The notes under the pieces are model-generated. The model was not told the DNA's origin. It saw only the letters and a program-made list of their open reading frames with translations, and made no database searches. A stretch of DNA of 64,000 nt, taken from Geosiphon pyriformis uo1. Its lineage: Eukaryota; Fungi; Glomeromycota. Location of the stretch: contig JAAOMT010000009.1 in NCBI GenBank assembly GCA_016748015.1, positions 638,459 to 702,458 of the forward strand. The letters run 5' to 3'. Both the position numbers and the translations under genes were made by a program. Shown one piece after another: positions 13,966 through 23,839 of the stretch; position 1 is the stretch's first letter; each line of letters begins with the position of its first letter.

Positions 13966-14831
13966 TGTTACAGGATGGTTTTCTTGTTATATTTAATTGC
14001 TGATATCCCGCTTTAATTGCAATCAGTCTTTCGTGAGTTCCTCAATTCTATTTGTGTGATAGTGTTACTGTTACACTAAAGGCTTTTTTTTTACTGTTGC
14101 GATGTAAGTTATTCTTTAATTCTTGATTGTTGTGTGTGTTTATGTACTCTTTCTCAGAGGCTGAACTGAAATCTACCCACTGTCTGGGGTCTTCTCTGAG
14201 GCTATCCTTGCAATTGCCTGATGTGTTTCTCTAATCTAGAAACACAGAATGTTAATGGTCTTTAGCGCTTTTCTAATTCTCACAATAAAGCTTTTATCAA
14301 TTAGTAACAACGTGAATAATCTTGATCAAGGATTATTCTTCCAAGGGATTCAGTTGATGAATGATAGTTTCATTCAATAAATAATACAAGTAGGTTTCTT
14401 AATACTTTGGGTTGTGATAGTTCAGTTTTAAATATTCTTTTTCATTTCTTTTTGATTTTAAAGGTTTCTTGGGATATTTAATTTGAAAGTATGATTTAAA
14501 GTGGAGTTTGTTGGATAAAATTGGATCTATTGCTTGATAAGTTATGATTTTTATTACTTGATTTTTCCTTTCCCAATATTAAAACTACTGTATATATACA
14601 TGTTTGTAGTTCTACGAGAAAATACTTTCTTTTTAATATTTCAACCTGGTGCTTGCTGCTATCACCAGTTGGTGTTGGCTGCTATTGTGAACTGGTGCTT
14701 GCCACTATCACGAGATGGTGTTTGCTACTATGTTAATCATTACCTTTCTAAGATTATTACTGTGCTATATTATGATTGAATAGTTTGTATTATTTTTATG
14801 ATTCTTTTTGCTAAATTCTTAAACTGTAACA
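13966..14831 (-). repeat. 3' LTR of Gypsy-1 (866 bp), with four 23-bp repeats at 14647-14732
   Basis: TGTTAC...GTAACA termini. It differs from the 5' LTR at 8 of 606 alignable bp. Repeat unit is TGGTGCTTGCTGCTATCACCAGT-like. Confidence 0.95.
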
Positions 14832-14846
14832 TTATCCCCTCCTTTC
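14832..14846 (-). other. Polypurine tract of Gypsy-1
   Basis: Minus-strand GAAAGGAGGGGATAA lies immediately before the 3' LTR. Confidence 0.85.
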
Positions 14847-14887
14847 AAGATTGAGCTCCGTCGAAATCGAAGTTAATTTCTTATGTA

Positions 14888-15199
14888 TTAGATTATGTCT
14901 GAGCTCATTTTTGGCCAATAGTAATGGCTAGTTGCACGTTGGATGGTTGCTGTTTTTCCAAAGTGGCCTGAATGAATATCTGAGTGCATGTTAAATAAGA
15001 TAGTTTCTTTTTCATTCGTGGTTATAACTCTTAATGGATTATCTGGATTTTGTCGATTCCAGTAATAAAGTATGTGATTTTGGATGAAATAGTGTTTTGC
15101 TAATTTTTGGAGCTTAATTAGCTCTTTTACTGGCATTTCTTCGTCTATTTGTAGTGTTTTCAAGTATTGGCTAAGGTTTTTGTAAAGGTGGTTGTTCAT
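14888..15199 (-). pseudogene. Gypsy-1 integrase N-terminus (HHCC region) as a separate ORF; catalytic core absent
   Basis: Reads MNNHLYKNL...HSDIHSGHFG..T......YYWPKM. About 40 nt later the sequence reaches the PPT, with no DDE core. Confidence 0.88.
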
Positions 15200-15228
15200 T
15201 GTTGTTGTGGCAGGTGGGTTGGTGATTT

Positions 15229-18200
15229 TTATGTGTGTCTCATTCTTGACAAACAGTCAGCATTAGCATTTTTGGTACCTTCTTTGTATTTGATAATATA
15301 ATCGTATGGTGCTAACATTTGTGACCATCTGGCGTATTTTCCTTTTAGCACTTTCTTGTTATTTAACCAGACCAGACCTCTATGATCTGTCGTAATCTCA
15401 AAGGGTTGGTACCGTAAATATGTGNNNNNNNNNNNNNNNNNNNNNNNNNNNNNNNNNNNNNNNNNNNNNNNNNNNNNNNNNNNNNNNNNNNNNNNNNNNA
15501 CCGTAAATATGTGTCAAAGTGAACACAACTCCAGACTACTGCTAAGCATTCAAGTTCATGTGCTGCATAGTTTTGTTCTGCTGTACTGAGACTTCTGCTG
15601 GCATAAGCGATTACACGTTCTCTTCCATTATCATCTTTTTGTGACAGAATGGCTCCAAGTCCAGTTCTAGAGGCATCTGTGGCCAAAATGAATTTCTTGT
15701 TGAAATTCGGATAGATTATTATTGGTGATTCAATGAGCTTTTGTCTAAGGTACTCAAAAGCTTTTTGTTGTGCTTCAGTTCATTCAAACTTCACATTTTT
15801 AGATAGTAGGTAATTAAAGGGTTTGGCGATGTTTGAGAAGTTTTTTACAAAGTGGCGGTAGTAAGATGTGAGTCTTAAAAAGCTTCTAACTTCTGAAACG
15901 TTTCGAAGTACTAGAAAATTTTTCACTTTGTCTATTTTTGATGGATCTGGTTTTATTCCATCTTTTCCAACTACGTGTCCTAAAAATGCTAGCTCATTTT
16001 TCCCAAAGAAACATTTTTCTAGATTTAGTTTAAGTCCAGCGTGTCTTAATCTCTCAAAAACTTGTTGTAAATGTTGGAGATGATCCGTGAATTTTGACGA
16101 GAAAACATTTGTATCATCCAAGTAGACAACAACGGATTGCCACAGGATTCTGGAGTAAATTATGTCCATTAGTCTTTGGAATGTTGCGGGAGCATTTGTT
16201 AATCCAAATGGCATTACATTGAACTCATAATTGCCATTTTGTGTTGTGAATACTGTTTTATGCCTGTCCTTTGGGTCCATTTCCACTTGCCAGTACCCAC
16301 TGGTCAAGTTCAGTGTAGAAAACCATTTTGCTCCTCCAAAAACGTCGAAGATTTCGTCAATTAACAGTATTGGGTATGAGTCTTCGGTTGTTTTGCTGTT
16401 TAGTTTGCGATAGTCGACGCAAAATCTAATTTTTCCGTTCTTTTTCCTTACTAAAACAACTGGTGAGGACCATGGGCTCATTGATGGTTGTATTATTCCT
16501 TTTTCCAACATGCTTTGGACTTCTTCTCTGATAAAATTATGCTCCATTGGTGGGACACGGTAAGCGCGTTGTTTTTCAGGTCTGGCATCTCCAGTGGGGA
16601 TTTGGTGTTGAACCAAGTTGGTTCTTCCAAATTCGCCATTTCTTGAAAATATATCAGAGTATTTTAAAATTAATGCTTTTAATTGTCGCTGTTGGTCGGG
16701 ATCCATTGTTCCAATGTTTAATTTGGCCAATTCTTCTGGCGTAAATTGATAGCATTTTACCGGTTGTTGCCAATTTATTGAAGTGAGCTCACAGTAGAGG
16801 GAGATTTCTGGGAAATTTAGAATTTTTTGTGGTGTTGACGCGTTTTCTAGCTCCATTCCGAGGTATCCAATGATGGTATCTTCCGGAATGTAGACGGGTT
16901 CTTCTGTGGTGTTTGCGATAGGAATTTTTATCCATTGAGCTTTATCAGCTGGAATAAAAAGGTTAGTAAGTCCTATGAAAAACTGTTGACAAGTTTCTGG
17001 GTAGGGCTCAAATATTAGGTCTTTTTCTTTAATTGTCCTTTTTATTCTTATTTCTGATTTTCCATATGGTAGGAGCATGATAGACCACTCATTTTTAATT
17101 ACTTCGCTTTTTTCCTCTATTGTTTCAGCAAAATTCGCTTCAATTCCTTTTCCTGTCGATTCAAAACCAAAAGTTCCTCTCGTTGTTTGTGACAATTCCT
17201 CATGATTTTCCACTGGCACGAATTTCCCAATTTTTACCAATGATAGGAAAATTGCTTGTGCAATCTTTTCCTTAGATTCAATGGTATAAGGCTTTTCTGA
17301 ATTGTTCTGTAGCAAAACCATCAAATTTCCAGTATATCTGGAGTCAATTACTCCTCCTTGAATGCTTATTCCTTTTTTCACGAGGCTTGATTGCGACGCC
17401 ATTTGAACCATTATTCCTGGTGGAATTTCAACCGCTATTTTTAGGTCGATTTTGGTGATGCTCCTGGGTGGTAACGTTGTGGATTGGTCTTCCGGATAAC
17501 GTAGATCGAATTCGGTGTCGGTTGGATGGGCTCTTTCGGGTATTATTCCTAAGTGCCCGTTGTCGAAGTATCGGATGTCGGTCACCTGTTCTAGGTCAGT
17601 ATAGGCTACAAATTTTTCTGACTCGGGACCGTCAGGTGAGTCTTGTTGATTTATTGATTGATTTTGAGACTGCTGATTCTCAATTTCCATTTTTCTTTCT
17701 AAGTCCCTTTCGTCTTGACACTCTTCACAGCACTGACTTTGGTACGGGATGAGACAGTTTTCGCAGAGGTAAGTGTTGATTTGGGTGAGGTATTGTTCTT
17801 GCTCTTGTCGAGTGGGGCATAGTTGTTGGTAGTAGTCCTGGAATTCGTCCACTGGGTCGAACATGTTGTAGCTGGCGACTTTGTCAGCTACTTTGGCTGA
17901 CTCTTTCCAATGTCATATTTTTTCGGCGGTTCCTCTTCTTACTTTGGCTTGTGCAGTATTGTACAACTCGTTCTTGTCATGTGGGTAGTGCTGTAGTCTT
18001 TTTAATGCTCTGTTGAACACTGCTTCGAACGGCGTTCCTCCTCTTACCCAGTCACAGATGAGGATCGTGTATTGGCAAGTTGCGTCACACGTTCCTCCTC
18101 TGCCTGGTAAGTCGTTCCAGTCGCACCTTCTTGGTAACGGTTCTCCACAAGCGAGGCACGGTTCCTCGTCCCATTTTCCGTGTCTTTCTGGGTAACCGTA

Positions 18201-21026
18201 TTTTTCTTTGTTACAACGGTTACAATAGTAGTGGGTGGGGTTTTTTGGGTCTTCGTCCGGTGCGCTGCACGCAGTCATAGACGAGAGTTTCTTCTTGCAA
18301 ACTGAGCATTCTAGCTTTGGTCTGTGTCGCTGGTGGTTTCTTCGTGAACTTACCTGGTTCTATTTGGATCTTTCTTTGCTGGTCCACTTTGGTATGGCTG
18401 GTAGTCCTGTTCTTTGGTCATCAGCCCAAGAGAGCTGATAGGTTTCAATGGCTAATAGTGCTGGATTTTCCTCAAATTTGAAGGTAGGTCTTTGGTTGGC
18501 GCTGGGTTTTTGGAAGTGGCCACAGATGGCTGGAATTTTGGCCTGGTGGCCATTATAATTGATCAGAAGCTCTTGAGTGGTCCAGTCTAGGGTGGTGTTG
18601 GCTTTTGTTAGCCAGTCATTCTCTATTAACGCTTGATATTGTGTAGCGTCCATTACTAATACTTTTGTAGGTATTACTATGCCGTTAATTTCGAAAGGGA
18701 ATGAGTTGATTTCGCCATAAGGCAGCTTTGTACTTCCATCGGCTGTTATAATTTGGGACGTCGCGGCACGATCAACTTTGAAACCCAGTTGGTTTACTAG
18801 TTGAAGTGTTATGATGCTTCCAGCAGATCCGCTGTCTAAGATAAGTTTGATTGGGGTATTGTTTACAGTGGCTTCCATATATATAGCAGTGATTGGGCGT
18901 TTTTCGTCCAATGCTGCTCCACTGAACATAGCCTCGTTTTCCTCTAATTCAAAAGGAAAAATAGCTGCGAGGCTGCTATCTTCGGTGGCAACTGCTGGTG
19001 GTATTGTTTGGCTCAATTTGGAGGAATTCTTGGTTATGTTTATGTTTCTACCGTCATTGTTTCCAATGATCAGGTTTTCCGGTATATTAAGGTAAGTTTG
19101 TTGATAATTTTGGTAGTTTGAATTGGTTTGCTGATTGGTTCTGGCGCGGTTTGGATTCCTCTGGACCAACGCGTTCTGGTTCCACATGGGCTGATTTCGG
19201 GCCTTGGGACGCCAATTCGGGTTGGCTATTATGGGCTGTTGCTGGTAAGCTCTTTGATTTTGATACGTGGTAGGATATTGGTGTGGTATTGGCGTGTACT
19301 GGTTTCTAGACATTTGGGGTGGTGCGTAGTAATTATTTTCACGTGCTTCCTGCATCATTCGCGTTCGACATTGACTAATCAAATGTCCTACGTGTTTGCA
19401 AAAATGGCAGGCGCGTGTTTCTGTTCTGAATTCTTGGCGCGACGAGCAATTATTTCGACTGTTGCTGACTTCCTGGCTGCGTCTTTGGGGTGGTTGGTAT
19501 GTATTTTTTCTCGGATCCAGGATGAGGTAACTTTCTATTTTCTTAGAGAGTTCCTTCCCTAATTGCGTTACTCTTTTCTCTAATGTTTCTGTCTTATTTT
19601 CCTCCATTACTATGTTAACTATTTGACTATGGTTAGCTTCTTTCTTAGCCGATTCAAGAGCTCTGGCGAGTGTAACGGCTTCTGGTAAGGAATTAGGGTG
19701 GGCAGGGCGTACTCTTCCTAAAATGCTGCTTTTTAATCTTCTAATAAACTGATTTAAAACCTGATGATCAGTGTAGTATTCTTGTTCAATCACTTCAATC
19801 TGACGGCGAATTTGATTGAATCGAGCAAGGTATTGGGTGACAGTTTCACCAGTATTTTGCTTGATAGTATTGAATTTGTTTTGTAGTTGGATTACAGCAT
19901 TTGGGTCGCTAAAATACTCCAGAAGTGCATTCTTAAATTCGGCAAAGCTCGTGAGTTTTGTTTTCAGGCTTTGATACCACGAGTCAGCTGTGCCTTTCAG
20001 GAAGAAAGGTAATGTTTGAATTGCTCTTTGGTCATTCCAGTTATTTGCCTGAATGGCTTTTTGTGCTTCTCTGAGCCATGTGTGCACGTCCGTTTCTTCT
20101 TCCTCTCCTGAGAAATCTGTTAGTCTTGCAATGTATGGTGTGGTCATTTCGTTGCCGTTTTCTGCTGGTGGGTTTATTGGTCTAAGAGGAGGTGGGATGA
20201 TATTTCTTTGAGCAATCCTAAAGGTGACTTCCCTTATATCCGGTTCTTTCTCTTGATCACGAGTTTCTTGGTTTCTGGACTGGCTGCTTGTTCCAGTGAC
20301 TGGTCTTGTGATTGTTTTTTCGCTGGTCTCTTTTTCGGATTCTGATTCAGACTCCTCTTCATGGTTTTCAAACCCCGTTCTAAATTTTGGCTGAAAAAGA
20401 GGGTTTTGGAATAGTGATAAATATCCTTCTGTAATTGGTATGTCTCCCCAGTTACATTGTTTAATTTTATCAATATAACTAGGAGTTCTTGGCGTTTGTG
20501 GAGTTGATGTTGATGATGATGCAGCTCCTAATGGAATTTGTATCTTATTTTCTGGTGAAAAATGGTATGATTTATCTTCTGGTGAATAAATACGTTGTTT
20601 CTTTATTGATTGAGTGACAGTTTTCTTTGGCGTTTGAGCTGGTGTTTCTAGTTTTTGCTGGTTACTTTCCTGATTAGTTTTTAAATTTTCTTTGGTTTTG
20701 TTGGCGTGTTCCCTAGTGTTTCCTGTGGATATTGGAAAATTTTCGTTGGCATATTGCTCAATTTCTCGATGGATTTTGACAATAGTTGCGGCTATTACTA
20801 CTACTTCTTTTGTAGTGTATTGTGATAATTTTCTATACAATCCAAGTTTTGCGTCATGTGGTTCTTCTTCCTTTCCTATATGATAATTTATTCTGACATT
20901 GATATAATAAGTGAAGGCAGATTCTGCTGGACAACACCCTTCTGGTAATTCAAGATCACTTTGATTTTGTGTGTAAATAGCACGGCAGAATTCAAGAACA
21001 GTAAGATTAGGGGTTTTTGTCGCCAC
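15229..21026 (-). pseudogene. Gypsy-1 single-frame Gag-PR-Cys-rich-dUTPase-RT-RNase H polyprotein with 3 premature stops
   Basis: ORFs 18360-21026, 17913-18278, 15780-17864 and 15363-15686 share one frame. Motifs: CHFCKHVGHLISQC, LILDSGS, RFCVDYRKLN, YLDD, TDAS..GLGAILSQ, ELECLAVVW and NANADCLSR. The stops are explicable as TGG->TAG/TGA and CGA->TGA. Confidence 0.92.
17151..17576 (-). other. dut: Trimeric dUTPase domain within Gypsy-1 Pol
   Basis: All five motifs occur in order: DTEFDL (AGFDL), ASQSSL (RSS), GGVIDSRYTG, KIAQ and RGTFGFESTG. Confidence 0.92.
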
Positions 21027-21090
21027 TTTTGTCTTTTTCTTTTTAGCAATAAATTATTGCTAATTATTATTTCCTTTTTGATTTTCTTTT

Positions 21091-21106
21091 CTCATAGGGT
21101 TCACCA
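21091..21106 (-). other. Primer-binding site of Gypsy-1
   Basis: Minus-strand TGGTGAACCCTATGAG lies 2 nt after the 5' LTR. The TGG is complementary to tRNA CCA; the tRNA identity was not assigned. Confidence 0.75.
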
Positions 21107-21108
21107 AA

Positions 21109-22148
21109 TGTTACGGGATGGTTTTCTTGTTATATTTAATTGCTGATATCCCGCTTTAATTGCAATCAGTCTTTCGTGAGTTCCTCNNNNNNNNNNNNNN
21201 NNNNNNNNNNNNNNNNNNNNNNNNNNNNNNNNNNNNNNNNNNNNNNNNNNNNNNNNNNNNNNNNNNNNNNNNNNNNNNNNNNNNNNNNNNNNNNNNNNNN
21301 NNNNNNNNNNNNNNNNNNNNNNNNNNNNNNNNNNNNNNNNNNNNNNNNNNNNNNNNNNNNNNNNNNNNNNNNNNNNNNNNNNNNNNNNNNNNNNNNNNNN
21401 NNNNNNNNNNNNNNNNNNNNNNNNNNNNNNNNNNNNNNNNNNNNNNNNNNNNNNNNNNNNNNNNNNNNNNNNNNNNNNNNNNNNNNNNNNNNNNNNNNNN
21501 NNNNNNNNNNNNNNNNNNNNNNNNNNNNNNNNNNNNNNNNNNNNNNNNNNNNNNNNNNNNNNNNNNNNNNNNNNNNNNNNNNNNNNNNNNNNNNNNNNNN
21601 NNNNNNNNNNNNNNNNNNNNGTAACAACGTGAATAATCTTGATCAAAGATTATTCTTCCAAGGGATTCAGTTGATGAATGATAGTTTCATTCAATAAATA
21701 ATACAAGTAAGTTTCTTAATACTTTGGGTTATGATAGTTCAGTTTTAAATATTCTTTTTCATTTTTTTTTGATTTTAAAGGTTTCTTGGGATATTTAATT
21801 TGAAAGTATGATTTAAAGTGGAGTTTGTTGGATAAAATTGGATCTATTGCTTGATAAGTTATGATTTTTATTACTTGATTTTTCCTTTCCCAATATTAAA
21901 ACTACTGTATATATACATGTTTGTAGTTCTACGAGAAAATACTTTCTTTTTGATATTTCAACCTGGTGCTTGCTGCTATCACCAGTTGGTGTTGGCTGCT
22001 ATTGTGAACTGGTGCTTGCCACTATCGCGAGATGGTGTTTGCTACTATGTTAATCATTACCTTTCTAAGATTATTATTGTGCTATATTATGATTGAATAG
22101 TTTGTATTATTTTTATGATTCTTTTTGCTAAATTCTTAAACTGTAACA
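21109..22148 (-). repeat. 5' LTR of Gypsy-1 (contains an assembly gap)
   Basis: Matches 13966-14043 and 14304-14831 on either side of the N run. Confidence 0.95.
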
Positions 22149-23839
22149 ACACCTAAACTTCCTTCCAGAGTTGGAATACAGATTCACAAACCAAACAGAA
22201 ATTCAAGAGATCTAATAGCATACCAAGTACAGAACTATTGTAATATTTCCAAAGTTCATTTGTAATACTTGACAAACCAGCTGCTTTGCCATCTGGCAGA
22301 TCTTTGACCACACATACCAAATCATTATAGCTAATAACGTTTATTACTCTAAAAAAAGTCTTATCGTCAACATGATTCAATAGCAGATATTGGTACTGCC
22401 ACAAATCAAGAATGTTATATGACACTGCTCTTATCTTAGTCTAACCCTCCATAATCTTGTCAAAATTATTCTTAACATCAACTGGATCCACAATCAAGCT
22501 GTCATTAGAAACCAAGTGGTCCAGCACCACTTTTTGAAAAAGATGTTCCAAAACACTATGAATTATGTGGCCTTTGTTGACTACAAAATTTTCTATCCGT
22601 TTCTCAATAGCAGATTGGATGCTTGACTCTTCAGCACGCAAAGACTTAGCCATCTTGGACACATAATAAGATTTCCTTATACTAAAGAGAGCAGAATGTA
22701 TATGACCAGAATCAGCACTAGAGTTAACAAAAGCCTGAATAATAGATGCCTTTTCAGTATCCAAAGAGTTCCAACATTTCAGAAGGGAGAAAAAGCTGTT
22801 GGACACCACTTCACGGGAGGCCTTAGCCAACTTTAAAACCAAAACTTTCAGTTTGTGAAACCTGGATGATTCTTTGGTGAACATCTTATTATAGCTCTTA
22901 AACCATTTTTTTTTGAAAACACCATTAGCTGAGAGAAAAACCATCTTGCAAACAGTATTCCACATAGCATCCAGATCTAAACACTTCTTAGATATAACAA
23001 ACTCATTAGAAAACAAAGCAGTATTGGCTGCTGTAGTGTTGTCAAACACACTCTATATTACCTCACTAGCACCTTTAATATCAAACTTTCAATAATCTTT
23101 GTCTGTTTGCAAAGAGAGTTTAACTGTATGTTCAAAAGTCCACCCAAACTCACAAACACAGAGACAGCACAATGATCAGTATCAAAGTGCTCACCAATAC
23201 CCAGAATATTACAACACAGAATTGCATTAACTAGATTCGAGGAAATAAAAATGTAGTCAATTGTTTTAATCATACCTCTGGAGTTTTTTCACATAAGCAA
23301 TTTGACTGCTGAGCTTCCAGCCAAAAAATTAACTAGACCCAAACTGAAACATTTCTTAAAACTTGCATACTTGCAGGAGCCATCTTCATTGAAATCTTTA
23401 CCAAGAATGACAAAAGTGGACTCATTCATAGCTTTGACAATAAGAGAGTTAATATTATTGGCTTGAAAGAAATGAACTGCAGAAAAAGCACCAGCATATA
23501 GTCCCAGAATTGAAACAGAAAGTCTATTTTTAAAGAGTAACCTGATAGAGAGTAGCCAACCAAGCACCTCAGAAATTTTATACATGTGCTTTGCTAAAGA
23601 ATTGTTTATAACTACTGCAACATCCAAACCAAAGTATCCAAAATCCAGACCCAAAGTAAACACTTAAACACCATTAAATCTGCCAACAATCCATAGACAA
23701 ATCTTTTTTTTTAACTTCATTTCCATGAAAATTGAAACCAGATTGTTTATGTTTTTATACCAATACACAATATCCTTTTGTTTAGCGAGATTGTTCATTT
23801 CTCTGACGTTACACGTAGCAATTTTCCAAATTAAATCAA

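Larger units (their letters stand above)
13966..22148 (-). mobile_element. Gypsy-1: young Ty3/Gypsy LTR retrotransposon with dUTPase; integrase core deleted
   Basis: TG...CA LTRs and a perfect 4-bp TSD ACAC (13962-13965 / 22149-22152). PBS and PPT are present. Domain order is Gag, CCHC, protease, RT, RNase H, IN zinc domain. Confidence 0.96.

Noticed and set aside
14534-14779. Near-identical 81-aa ORFs here and at 21851-22096
   Set aside because: They are TTG-started antisense frames inside the two LTRs, and their identity simply reflects the LTR duplication.
15411-15513. Apparent insertion or frameshift in Gypsy-1 RNase H
   Set aside because: The 75-N gap is flanked by the same 14-mer ACCGTAAATATGTG. 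Merging the flanks restores the frame, so it is a scaffolding artefact.
21026-21090. No in-frame ATG at the Gypsy-1 gag 5' end, suggesting non-AUG initiation
   Set aside because: Nearby stops may be C->T products and the true start cannot be fixed from one mutated copy.
21101-21697. Poly-X ORFs and an apparently longer 5' LTR
   Set aside because: This is a 434-N gap. The other LTR indicates only 260 bp are missing.
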